Assembly: GCA_903878285.1 (NCBI GenBank)
Contig: CAIRHB010000013.1
Coordinates: 1-63,393 of the forward strand
Direction of reading: 5' to 3'
Source of the DNA: Candidatus Adlerbacteria bacterium
GTDB lineage: Bacteria > Patescibacteriota > Minisyncoccia > Phycocordibacterales > SBAW01
DNA length: 63,393 nt
Part shown: piece by piece, positions 1-8,705 of the stretch
Layout: the number at the start of each line of letters is the position of its first letter
How positions within the stretch are numbered: position 1 is the stretch's first letter
Notes under the pieces: generated by a model
Database searches by the model: none
What the model was told of the DNA's origin: nothing
The model's input: the letters and a program-made list of their open reading frames with translations, nothing else
Position numbers and translations under genes: made by a program

Positions 1-152
1 CTGCGATGTCTTGTAGTGAGTATCCACGCTCACGCAGTATTTGTATTTCGCTGCGTTCTGCGTTACGCAGCCCGCGCCATTTCTTTTTTTCATAGCACAA
101 ATCTACACAAAATCGTCCAAAGCTCAAAGACTAGTTACCAGCGTGAGCAGAT

Positions 153-194
153 GCCCGCCCCGACGTTTGCGCGTCGTGGGCGGGTTTGCTTTTG
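153..194 (+). terminator. Orphan intrinsic-terminator-like hairpin plus T-tract
   Basis: cccgccccgacg (154-165) pairs with cgtcg-t-gggcggg (172-184), giving 12 bp with one bulge. It is followed by tttgcttttg. No supported upstream + strand gene is visible in the window. Confidence 0.4.
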
Positions 195-299
195 TATAAG
201 TTTGACCAAGGGAAACACGCTGATGAACAAACAAGGTTGTAGCCCGCCTGCGGCACATCTGTACATGCAGAAAGGCACAAAACGTACTACTATATACGC

Positions 300-1028
300 A
301 TGCAGACCGTACTGATCACCGGGGCGAGGAGCGGGCTCGGGCTGTCACTGTCGCGCGCGTTCCTCGCGCACGGCTGGTACATTGTCGCCGTCGGCCGAAA
401 CATATCTGAAACGCCAGATGATGTGCGCACCAACCCGAACACACTGCTTAAAGAAGTCGAGCTTACCGATGACGCATCGCTGCGCGCGCTTGCTGCCGAC
501 CTGCGCGACACCCCAGTCGACATACTGATCAATAACGCTGGCATATACGACACTTCGTCGGTCGACGATGACGGGGTTGTCTCAACACTCAACAACATCA
601 CGCGTGTGTTCGCGGTCAACGCTGCTGCACCGCGTCTGCTTGCCGACCTACTGCTCCCCAACCTCGAGCTCGGGAGCGAGCGACTACTCGTTGGCATATC
701 ATCCGGCATGGGCACCTTCGCGCAGCTGTTTGGCCATGACTTCGAAACGACCAGTCGCGGCACCAGCGGTTACGAGGCGACACACTGGGTCTACAGCGCG
801 AGCAAGACCGCGCTCAACTATGGGTTACTGTCCTTTGGTGTGCTGCACCCCACGGTCAAAGTGTCGCTTATCAACCCCGGCTGGATGCAGACCGCTATCG
901 GCGGATTAGGCGCACCACTCTCGCCCGACGACTGCGCTGCCGCGATTGTCGAGCTACTACTCAACCATCGAGCGCGACTGCCCGCGAGCAGACTCGTTAA
1001 CCATCTCGGACACGTGATGGAGCTCTGA
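300..1028 (+). CDS. Short-chain dehydrogenase/reductase (SDR) family oxidoreductase
   Basis: N-terminal Rossmann motif TGARSGLGLS, NNAG motif (LINNAGI) and YSASK catalytic motif. Length is 242 aa. Confidence 0.85.
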   Translation: MQTVLITGARSGLGLSLSRAFLAHGWYIVAVGRNISETPDDVRTNPNTLLKEVELTDDASLRALAADLRDTPVDILINNAGIYDTSSVDDDGVVSTLNNITRVFAVNAAAPRLLADLLLPNLELGSERLLVGISSGMGTFAQLFGHDFETTSRGTSGYEATHWVYSASKTALNYGLLSFGVLHPTVKVSLINPGWMQTAIGGLGAPLSPDDCAAAIVELLLNHRARLPASRLVNHLGHVMEL

Positions 1029-1182
1029 CGCATCGTGCGCCGCATCACTTCTGCGGCAACCTCACTCATCCTCTTCACGAAAAAAACAGACACCTTCGAT
1101 TATGCTAAGCTAGATCGAGGGATTTTATTAGTTGCTAATTAGTGTTGAGCGTTTAGCTTATCAGTACATAACCGTAGTATAT

Positions 1183-1803
1183 ATGAATACCAAAAAAATA
1201 GGTCTTATGCTTGGCGCCGTGTTGTTTCTTGCCGCGCCGTTCTTGGCCCAGGCAGATACACTCACCCGCCAGCTGGAGCTTGGCATGTCGGGCACAGACG
1301 TAACCGCACTGCAGACGTTCCTCGCAGCGAACCCGAATGTGTATCCGTCAGGATTGATTACCGGCTACTTTGGTACACTCACCCAGGCAGCGGTGTCAAA
1401 CTTCCAGACACTCAACGGGATCGCCTCGGTCGGTCGTGTTGGGCCAGCCACACTGCCAGTGATCAACTTGCAGATGGGAAATAGCACCAGCGGCGTCGCA
1501 CCAACGATCACCAGCGTGAGCACCAATGCGAGCAACAACACCGCAACGGTAAGCTGGAACACTAACCAGGCAGCCAAGGGTGTTGTCTACTACAGCACCA
1601 GCCCACTGTCGACGTATGAGAATGGTCATACCGTTACCATTGGCGGAAGTACGGCGTTTACCAACACCAACTACAACACCGCGCAGAGCGTCGTCCTGCA
1701 AAACTTGCAGGCAAACACGACCTACTACTACCTCGTGTACACAACCAACCAAGCAGGCAACATCAGTGTCACCTGGCCAACTACCTTCCAGACTGCGAAC
1801 TAG
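1183..1803 (+). CDS. Secreted protein with a peptidoglycan-binding-like domain plus an FN3-like domain
   Basis: ATG at 1183 gives a signal peptide (MNTKKIGLMLGAVLFLAAPFLAQA). A PG_binding_1-like segment follows (GTDVTALQTFLAAN...GYFGTLTQAAVSNFQ). The FN3 / purple-acid-phosphatase-N-like segment reads ATVSWNTNQAAKGVVYY...LQANTTYYYLVYTTNQAGN. Confidence 0.7.
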   Translation: MNTKKIGLMLGAVLFLAAPFLAQADTLTRQLELGMSGTDVTALQTFLAANPNVYPSGLITGYFGTLTQAAVSNFQTLNGIASVGRVGPATLPVINLQMGNSTSGVAPTITSVSTNASNNTATVSWNTNQAAKGVVYYSTSPLSTYENGHTVTIGGSTAFTNTNYNTAQSVVLQNLQANTTYYYLVYTTNQAGNISVTWPTTFQTAN

Positions 1804-1832
1804 GTAGCGTCTGCAACAGCGTCAGTACTAAC

Positions 1833-1865
1833 AAAAAAAACGCTCCAACAGGGAGCGTTTTTGTT
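1833..1865. terminator. Bidirectional intrinsic terminator hairpin
   Basis: aaaaacgctcc / ggagcgttttt inverted repeat with an A-tract upstream and a T-tract downstream. It lies between the stop at 1803 and the next gene. Confidence 0.6.
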
Positions 1866-1914
1866 GTGTCACCATATGCAAGCTACATTGCGCTAAGCCG
1901 TGTATGATGTGCAG

Positions 1915-2439
1915 ATGAAAACATGCTTATGTTGGCACTACACCCTATTTGTCTTCGCGCTTGTGCTCGTTAGCACGTTTCTGCCGACAGATGCACATGC
2001 CGCTGTGAGTAATAGCAGCAGTGACACGGTGTCCGCAGCAACAATCATCATGCTGACAAATACTGATCGCACACTGCACGCAGCAGCGCCGCTATCGGAC
2101 AACGCGCTGCTTGACACTGCTGCACAAGCGAAAGCGGATGATATGGTCGCTGGCTCCTACTTCGCACACTACTCGCCAAGTGGCGTCTCACCGTGGCACT
2201 GGTTTACTGCGGCTGGCTACGCCTACACGCACGCAGGCGAGGACCTGGCGCTCAACTTTACCAACTCGGAGACACTCGAGGCGGCATGGATGGCATCACC
2301 CACGCATCGCGCGAATATTCTGAAAAGTGTATACACTGAGACCGGCGTCGGCGTCGCGCATGGTACATACCTCGGCTCGCCTGCTGTGTTTATTGTCGAG
2401 TTGTTTGCCACACCCACACACACAAACCCCGCACTCTAA
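1915..2439 (+). CDS. Secreted CAP/SCP (YkwD-like) domain protein
   Basis: Signal peptide from the ATG at 1915. CAP-type motifs: AQAKADDM, HYSPSG, GEDLA, SPTHRANIL and VGVA. Confidence 0.7.
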   Translation: MKTCLCWHYTLFVFALVLVSTFLPTDAHAAVSNSSSDTVSAATIIMLTNTDRTLHAAAPLSDNALLDTAAQAKADDMVAGSYFAHYSPSGVSPWHWFTAAGYAYTHAGEDLALNFTNSETLEAAWMASPTHRANILKSVYTETGVGVAHGTYLGSPAVFIVELFATPTHTNPAL

Positions 2440-2473
2440 GAGTACGGGGTCGTGCGCCACGCGCGAGGAGCTG

Positions 2474-3076
2474 CTAGATGCGCTGACGATCTCGGTCAGT
2501 GTATCGCCAGTACGAGTACGCGGCGACCACGACGACTAGTAGGAGTAGCAACCACAGCCACCACTCGCTAAACACCGTGCCGTCGCTCGTAGCAACCGCA
2601 GCAACCTGTGTCGAACCGGGCACGCTGACATCCGCTGCGGTAGCACCGCTCACTGTATCTGTAGTAGCGAGTGCTACATATCCCGGCGAGGTAGTCTCAG
2701 TGCCAGACACCGTTGTCGTGTTGGGCACATCCGTTGATGCACCGAGCACCGCTGACGTACCGAGCGTACTGGTGTCGCCACTTAGCGCGGGCGCGCCGCT
2801 ACCGCTCGTGTTGCTATATCCAACCGAGAGCGGTCCCGATATAACGCCGCCACCGCCGCCACCGCCACTACTACTTCCCCCTCCGCTACCGCCACCGAGG
2901 CCGCCAACCACGGTCCCCGAGACACTACTACTTAGTGTGCCGACCGCGTATGAGCCGATTGTGGCACTACCCGCCGAGAGTGTGCCAGTCACCTCCGAAG
3001 CAACGGCTGGCAAGGCGCCGAAGAGAAGCCCAAGCGCGAGCGCTGTTATCCCCATTATGTGTGTGCATGTTTTCAT
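2474..3076 (-). CDS. Gly/Ser/Thr-rich surface protein with a C-terminal membrane anchor
   Basis: It has an N-terminal signal peptide, a poly-Gly/Ser tract and a C-terminal hydrophobic helix (WWLWLLLLLVVVVAAY) followed by a basic tail. It is co-oriented with the next secreted protein, 23 nt away. Confidence 0.55.
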   Translation of the reverse strand: MKTCTHIMGITALALGLLFGALPAVASEVTGTLSAGSATIGSYAVGTLSSSVSGTVVGGLGGGSGGGSSSGGGGGGGVISGPLSVGYSNTSGSGAPALSGDTSTLGTSAVLGASTDVPNTTTVSGTETTSPGYVALATTDTVSGATAADVSVPGSTQVAAVATSDGTVFSEWWLWLLLLLVVVVAAYSYWRYTDRDRQRI

Positions 3077-3099
3077 AGGATGTGTGCGCAGAGCGTGAG

Positions 3100-4278
3100 T
3101 TATGGGAGCGTCTGTACGCCGTAGGCGGTCGAGTACGCACCGTTGACAGAACCGACAGGGACCTTGACCTCGACCACCACATCAACCTGTCGTCCCACAG
3201 CGGTCGGATCAAGATCCGACACCAAGAGCAGCGATGGGTTCGCGTACAGATTCGCTGCAGTGATCACCACTGGGCTCGTACTGCTCGCTTGTAGGGAGGA
3301 TATCTGGATATTCCCGCCAGCACGTATCGTGCTCGATGCTGCCGCGTCAAACCAATCACCAAACTTGAGTGTGAGGTTTGGCTCGTTGGTTGGATCAGTA
3401 ATATGGAAGATGTACTTCCACCCGTTCGCAAACGTACCATCAGCAGTTGCTGTCGTTTGTGTCGCGGTAATTGAGTTAACGGTCAGCACACCCTGCCCAC
3501 TGGTGCCACCAGTCACTGTGCCACCAATTGTCCCTGTCGGGCCAGGTGCGCAGTAGTGGATCACCGCGGTATAGAGTAGGCCAGTTGGGTTCACGGTGCT
3601 ACTGGCAATACCCCAGTTGCGCACCACAAAACTCAACGTGTTGACGCCTCCGACAGGACTAAACGCCGTCGTGAACGCGCTGCTAAAGTTCTGTGCGTTT
3701 ATATCAGGTGTCAGACCGTAGACATCTTCAGAGGTGGATGCATTTGTAGTTGCAACCGGCGTTACTGAGCCATTGAGATACACCGCCGCCGCATTGTCCG
3801 TAGCGTACCAGAGTGTTGCATCTGTCACGGTCGACCCTACCGGCAGCGTAAAGCTGTCTTGGAAGAGACGCCACTGATTATTCTGTGCCGACCCTTCGGT
3901 ATTGTCGGTACCGCCTGGCCAACTTGGATTAGTCGATACCCACACTGCACTTGAGCTCGCAAAGGAGCTGTCGGTAGCTGGAACAACCCATAGCGCATTT
4001 GTCTCAGTACTAGACGCGGCGATAAACTGTCCGAGACTGTACCCCGCAGGGATTAGTGCGTTTGCGTCACTGGTCGGTTGTGTCTCGGTGTATCCTGCGG
4101 TTTGTGTCGAGGGACCGCTAACAAGTGTTACTGTGCTACAAGATGTAGCCGCAGCCTGCGCGACCGGAATCGGCGCACCGAACGAGAAACTAAACGAGCC
4201 GAACACGAGTGCAAACACCGTGAGCATCACGGTCGTCACGCGCACTGTTTTTGCTAGACCATTACTACAATGTTTCAT
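3100..4278 (-). CDS. Secreted hypothetical protein (392 aa)
   Basis: The long ORF has a signal peptide (TVMLTVFALVFGSFSFSFGAPIPVAQA) and Thr/Ser/Asn-rich beta-type composition. I recognised no family. Confidence 0.6.
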   Translation of the reverse strand: MKHCSNGLAKTVRVTTVMLTVFALVFGSFSFSFGAPIPVAQAAATSCSTVTLVSGPSTQTAGYTETQPTSDANALIPAGYSLGQFIAASSTETNALWVVPATDSSFASSSAVWVSTNPSWPGGTDNTEGSAQNNQWRLFQDSFTLPVGSTVTDATLWYATDNAAAVYLNGSVTPVATTNASTSEDVYGLTPDINAQNFSSAFTTAFSPVGGVNTLSFVVRNWGIASSTVNPTGLLYTAVIHYCAPGPTGTIGGTVTGGTSGQGVLTVNSITATQTTATADGTFANGWKYIFHITDPTNEPNLTLKFGDWFDAAASSTIRAGGNIQISSLQASSTSPVVITAANLYANPSLLLVSDLDPTAVGRQVDVVVEVKVPVGSVNGAYSTAYGVQTLP

Positions 4279-4691
4279 ATTTTTTGTGCATAGTGTTTCG
4301 AATAATACCCCCTGCGAACACGTTAGCTACTAATGCTCTATCATTGCTCGCCAGCACTGAAGAAGCAGTGAGCCTCTATTTTCATCCCGGCATCAGACAC
4401 CATGCTGCACACTGCATGCATGTACACAACAACACACCGCTGCCATGAGTGTGTATTTGAAGAGCCCGAGGATGTCTCGATCGCACATACAGACAGTGGT
4501 CTCGCACAACAGACACACTTGTGGGAACATACCAAAAGAGCGCACCCGCAGACCGCTGCGCGGATTATGCGCAACTATCACACTCTGCCCAAGGAACTGT
4601 ATCTTCATTAAGTATTCATGGAGTGCCGCGTACAGTATGCTAGTGCTAGAGGCCGCAAAGCCGCCACTATATCGTTATCTACCACAGTTAT

Positions 4692-5372
4692 ATGAGACTA
4701 CTCATTGTCGAAGACGAGGCGCTTATCGCCCAGAACCTAAAGAAGGTGTTGGAGATCAAAGGATTTGCAACCGACTGGCTCTCCGACGGCGAAAAAGCAA
4801 AGAACCGCATCTTGATGTACCACAAAGAGTACGACGCAATCATCCTGGACCTCACGCTCCCAAAGGTGGACGGCATCACGCTTATCAAACTCGTGCGAGC
4901 CGAGAATATCACCACACCTATTATCATCCTCACGGGGCGTACTGAGACAAAAGACAAGATCGAGCTGCTCAATGCAGGTGCGGATGACTACGTGGTCAAA
5001 CCGTTTTCATCTGCGGAGATGATCGCGCGCATCGCATCGGTCCTGCGACGCCCCGCCGTCGTAACCAAGGTGGTTCACGAGGTTGGCAATATCACGATCG
5101 ACACTGCCACGCATCGCGTGTCGGTCGACGGTGCAGAGATCGCGCTTACGCTCAAAGAGTACTCGCTGCTTGAGTGTTTTGTGCGACGGCCAGGCGAGGT
5201 GTTTACCCGCGAGGAGCTGAGCAATCAGGTGTGGGATTTCGATGCACTCACGCTCAGCAACGTACTCGATGTGCACATGAAAAATCTGCGGAAGAAGGTG
5301 TGCGCAACGAGCAACTCGGTGCGGTTTGAGACGGTGCGAGGCATTGGTTATCGGTTTATTGCTGAGCTATGA
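4692..5372 (+). CDS. OmpR-family response regulator (REC + winged-helix)
   Basis: REC motifs (LIVEDE, ILDLTLPKVDG, KPF) and a C-terminal Trans_reg_C segment (LTLKEYSLLECF...VRGIGYRF). Confidence 0.9.
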   Translation: MRLLIVEDEALIAQNLKKVLEIKGFATDWLSDGEKAKNRILMYHKEYDAIILDLTLPKVDGITLIKLVRAENITTPIIILTGRTETKDKIELLNAGADDYVVKPFSSAEMIARIASVLRRPAVVTKVVHEVGNITIDTATHRVSVDGAEIALTLKEYSLLECFVRRPGEVFTREELSNQVWDFDALTLSNVLDVHMKNLRKKVCATSNSVRFETVRGIGYRFIAEL

Positions 5373-6025
5373 GCGAGGAACAACGATCGTTTCTCGCGCA
5401 GATGTCGCATGACCTGCGCAACCCACTATCGGTGATACGCAGCTCGACCGAACTGCTTGAGCTCCAAGAGCCCCACACCCCTGAAGCGCTCGACCTACTG
5501 CGCATGATAAACGACCATGTATGCACGATCACTGACATGCTGGACGCTCGGCTTGACGCGTACGCTGTATACCCAAACACCCTACCAGTACTGCAGCCGA
5601 CAGAAACTACGCCACCAAGCGACAGTAGCATGCACGCCACCCCAAACATCCTGCTGGTGGTTGACGACAACGCTGTCGCTGCCTGTACGCTCAGCCGCCT
5701 GCTCGAGCTGCGCGGGTACACGGTCTATGTCGCGTTTACTGGCAGAGATGCGCTCCAGCAAGCAGCACTGTACCACCCAGACATCATCATTCTAGACATC
5801 GGGCTGCCTGACATAGACGGATACGAGGTTGCACGCGCAATGCGCGAAAGCTTGTTGGAGAACAACAGCGACCGATCGCCGCGGTTTATCGCGCTCACCG
5901 GCTACGGCAGCCTCCATGAAAAAGAGCACTCGCATCGCGAGCACTTTGACGCACATCTTACCAAGCCGGTCGGCATTACTGAGATTGAAGCGGCGTTGCA
6001 ACAGGTTTCGACTGCTGTTGTATAG
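5369..6025 (+). CDS. HisKA (DHp) domain fused directly to a receiver domain, with no HATPase_c domain
   Basis: The H-box FLAQMSHDLRNPLSVI sits at the N-terminus. About 85 aa later a complete REC follows (LLVVDDN, IILDIGLPDIDG, LTKP). No N/G1/G2 ATP-binding boxes are present. The start overlaps the upstream stop (ATGA). Confidence 0.75.
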   Translation: MSEEQRSFLAQMSHDLRNPLSVIRSSTELLELQEPHTPEALDLLRMINDHVCTITDMLDARLDAYAVYPNTLPVLQPTETTPPSDSSMHATPNILLVVDDNAVAACTLSRLLELRGYTVYVAFTGRDALQQAALYHPDIIILDIGLPDIDGYEVARAMRESLLENNSDRSPRFIALTGYGSLHEKEHSHREHFDAHLTKPVGITEIEAALQQVSTAVV

Positions 6026-7049
6026 ACACCGAGGTGCCACGCGAACCGGTCTCAACAGCGACGCTCGCGCCAAGCTGCCGCGCGAGCGATTGCACGATTG
6101 TGGTGCCGAGACCCTCTTTGTGATTTGGATGCGGAGCGATACCAACGCCGTCGTCGATGACCGACAGCCGCCAACCCTGTTCCTGTTGCGGCAACACCTC
6201 GTAGCGGACAATAATCGTACCGCGCTTGCCAGAGGGGAACGCGTGTTTGAGCGCGTTGATCACCAGCTCAGCAGTAATGAGCCCGAGACTGATCCCCTCT
6301 GCGGAGGCAATCATCCCGCCATCTGCCTCGACCGCAAGAGTGATCAGCGCAGTTGTGCCAATCATACTCTTTGCCAAACTCTCGCACAGCCCGGTGAGGT
6401 ACGGACAAACTTCGACCTCTTCGTGCAAACTGGTGGTGTCTAAAAACTGCTCGACCGTGGCGATTGAGATAATGCGCTGATGTGCATCCTGTAGGTGTGT
6501 GCGGACTTCTGGCGACTCGACCACTTCAGACTTGAGTATAAGAATACTCGCAATCAACTGTAGGCTGTTTGCCATGCGATGCTTCATCTCCTGAATCATC
6601 AAGTCCTTCTGTTCTGAGATTTTTTCTTTTTCTCGATCAAGCAACTCACGCTCGGTAATATCACCAATAGTCAGCAGCAAGTGCCGTCGCGTGCTATTTT
6701 CATACACCACCTCGCGCGCACTGAGGAGCAACGTGCGCTGCCCCACTGTGACAGAATCGTGAATGATTTTGTATTCTTTAAGTACCTCGCGCCCTGGTAT
6801 GATGTTGGAGAGAAACGAGCGCAACGCTGGCACGTTATACTGCCCGTTGTCAATCTCGTAAAAGAGCGCCCCCTGTGTGCTGTCTTTGTCTGTCTGAAAC
6901 TTGTCATAAAAAGAACGGCTTGCCACAATAACGCGCAAGTCGGAGTCGAGCACTAAAAATGGTTCGTGGATAGTATCTACAATAGCCCGCGTAAGGGCGT
7001 TACCCAGCCTTGTATCGGCGAGAGGATCGTCGCCAGGAAAGTGAGTCAT
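5976..7049 (-). CDS. PAS-domain HWE/HisKA_2-type sensor histidine kinase
   Basis: PAS-like N-terminus, H-box EMKHRMANSLQLI (HisKA_2/HWE type), and HATPase boxes (ELVINALKHAF, DDGVGI, GLGTTIV). The start is ambiguous: ATG at 7049, or the longer ORF to 7091. Confidence 0.8.
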   Translation of the reverse strand: MTHFPGDDPLADTRLGNALTRAIVDTIHEPFLVLDSDLRVIVASRSFYDKFQTDKDSTQGALFYEIDNGQYNVPALRSFLSNIIPGREVLKEYKIIHDSVTVGQRTLLLSAREVVYENSTRRHLLLTIGDITERELLDREKEKISEQKDLMIQEMKHRMANSLQLIASILILKSEVVESPEVRTHLQDAHQRIISIATVEQFLDTTSLHEEVEVCPYLTGLCESLAKSMIGTTALITLAVEADGGMIASAEGISLGLITAELVINALKHAFPSGKRGTIIVRYEVLPQQEQGWRLSVIDDGVGIAPHPNHKEGLGTTIVQSLARQLGASVAVETGSRGTSVSIQQQSKPVATPLQSQ

Positions 7050-7102
7050 ACTGTGAGAGGGGCTGCAGTACGCAGTATAGCATATATCCACTAAAATAGT
7101 GT

Positions 7103-7339
7103 ATGCTGTGTTCTATGGAGACACTATTTCTCGTTGGTGTAGCATTTGTCGTCTTGGTAATTGTGCTCGCCACTTGGTCACGAATGGACACGAGCGGCGA
7201 GGCTGCCTCGATGTCTATCGACGAGCAAGAGGCGCAAGAGGCCGAAGAGGATGTTGCAGAGGGCAAACCACCCGAGCCGATACATGTCCAAACCCCCAAA
7301 GAGAAGGCGGACGAGGAAGAATATTTCGAAGAGACGTAA
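7103..7339 (+). CDS. Small membrane protein with an acidic C-terminal tail
   Basis: It has one TM helix (LFLVGVAFVVLVIVLATW) and then an Asp/Glu-rich tail. TAAAAT lies 5 nt before the ATG. Its stop is 19 nt before the deacetylase gene. Confidence 0.4.
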   Translation: MLCSMETLFLVGVAFVVLVIVLATWSRMDTSGEAASMSIDEQEAQEAEEDVAEGKPPEPIHVQTPKEKADEEEYFEET

Positions 7340-7358
7340 GTGGTGCTATGCTGCAGCT

Positions 7359-8225
7359 ATGCAGCGAAGTGAGTATATCGTGCTCGGCGTATCGGTAACA
7401 CTCTTGATGGGCGTCATTGGCTTTTCGCACGTTCACCGTGCAGCAGCAACGGCAAGCGCTGTTGCACAGGGCGCGAGCGCCGCAGAGGCGCTGCACACAG
7501 CAACAACCACTCCTGCCTCTGTGGCAACCTCGACCAACGCGGCGCCGGTACGCGTTCCGATTCTTATCTATCATGACATCCGCCCCGACTACCCAGGTGA
7601 GACCGCTGCGGTAAAAGCATTTACACTCACGCCCGACGAGCTTGATGCACAACTCTCCTACCTGAGCGACCACGGGTACACCGCGATCTCACTCGACGAC
7701 CTCGCGCACGATATCCAAACTGGCACCACCTCGCCAATCGCGAAGCCAGTGGTGCTCACCTTCGACGACGGGTGGCAAAATGAATATGTCTATGCCTTCC
7801 CGCTACTACAAAAATATCACTTTACAGCGACATTTTTTATCTTTACAAACCCTGTCAGCAAAAAAGATACGTTTATGACCTGGGATGAAATCATTCACCT
7901 GAGTGTGGCGGGTATGACGATTGGCGATCACACACTGTCGCATCCGCTGCTGTCAAAACTTACGCCTGAGCAGCTGCGCAAAGAGGTTGTCGACAGTAAA
8001 TCCGTTCTCGAACAAAAAATCGGCAAGCCGGTCACTGACTTTGCCTCACCGTTTGGCTACACCAGCGAGGCATTGGTCACGCTGCTCAAGCAAGTGGGCT
8101 ACATCACTGGACGCACCACTACCAAAGGCATCATGCACTCCGCGGCCGACCAGTACGCGCTGACGGGCTATCTCGTCCACCGCGACCTCAAAGATTTTAT
8201 CTACATTCTCACGCTGGCGCACTAG
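7359..8225 (+). CDS. Polysaccharide deacetylase (NodB/CE4 family), membrane anchored
   Basis: ATG at 7359 gives an N-terminal TM segment. NodB motifs are LTFDDGW and HTLSHP. The upstream part of the 354-aa ORF is Arg/Lys-rich junk that overlaps the previous gene. Confidence 0.8.
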   Translation: MQRSEYIVLGVSVTLLMGVIGFSHVHRAAATASAVAQGASAAEALHTATTTPASVATSTNAAPVRVPILIYHDIRPDYPGETAAVKAFTLTPDELDAQLSYLSDHGYTAISLDDLAHDIQTGTTSPIAKPVVLTFDDGWQNEYVYAFPLLQKYHFTATFFIFTNPVSKKDTFMTWDEIIHLSVAGMTIGDHTLSHPLLSKLTPEQLRKEVVDSKSVLEQKIGKPVTDFASPFGYTSEALVTLLKQVGYITGRTTTKGIMHSAADQYALTGYLVHRDLKDFIYILTLAH

Positions 8226-8234
8226 CTTGTGCTG

Positions 8235-8672
8235 CTATGCCGCTTTTTGCATTTTCTTTGCTTTGCATGACGCGCAGCGGCAACCTTTGGGCTTGATATA
8301 TTCATCGAAGTAGGAGGTGTCGTAGTCGTAGTTAAGCTCCTCGCCCGCTTTGATATTCTTCTTTGCCATCACGAACACCTGCCCCTTTCGGATCTCGATC
8401 TCGCAGTTGGGCTTGCAGGCGTGGTTGATGTAGCGCGCGGTGTTGCTGCGCGCTGCGCCGTCGATGGTCTTTGTCTTGGTCACCTCGAAGAGGTATTTAC
8501 TGCGGCTCTTGTACTCCTCCTCTTTTGTCAGCGTCGGTCCCACATACTCGATGATGCACGCACCTTTTTTAATCGGCTCCTCGGCAAACAATCCCAGCCC
8601 ATCCACACCACGTCTTACTTTGAGTTTAAAATCGCCTGGCACAAACTTTCCTTGTTTCTTTTTTGATGTCAT
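8235..8672 (-). CDS. SET-domain protein (putative protein lysine methyltransferase)
   Basis: Motifs RYINHACKPNCE (NHxCxPN), GEELNYDYD (ELxYDY) and a post-SET-like Cys cluster CRCASC. The ATG at 8672 gives 145 aa. Confidence 0.75.
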   Translation of the reverse strand: MTSKKKQGKFVPGDFKLKVRRGVDGLGLFAEEPIKKGACIIEYVGPTLTKEEEYKSRSKYLFEVTKTKTIDGAARSNTARYINHACKPNCEIEIRKGQVFVMAKKNIKAGEELNYDYDTSYFDEYIKPKGCRCASCKAKKMQKAA

Positions 8673-8705
8673 GTTGTATAGTGATAACCGCAAAAGTATA
8701 CCATC

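Noticed and set aside
1-93. A partial minus-strand ORF (MKKRNGAGCVTQNAAKYKYCVSVDTHYKTSQ...) running off the left edge, and the + strand ORF 16-315.
   Set aside because: The minus ORF is only 31 codons long, with no motif or SD. The + strand ORF reads through a strong terminator hairpin and overlaps the SDR start.
2499-3098. A 199-aa Pro-rich + strand ORF (PPPPPPPLLLPPPLPPPRPP).
   Set aside because: It is the mirror image of the Gly-rich minus-strand gene. The minus-strand gene has a signal peptide and a C-terminal anchor and is co-oriented with its neighbour.
4350-4400. An SRP-RNA-like fragment (ctgaagaagcagtgagcc) in the 4279-4691 spacer.
   Set aside because: The resemblance to the GGAAGCAGC domain IV motif is only partial, and no complementary symmetric-loop strand is present.
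7161-7358. N-terminal extensions of several track ORFs: 7161-7358, 8673-8855, 11702-11833, 14924-15220, 35583-35828, 52031-52123 and 62804-62953.
   Set aside because: The extensions are Arg/Cys-rich or overlap neighbouring genes. Internal ATGs reproduce the canonical N-termini or signal peptides of the recognised families.
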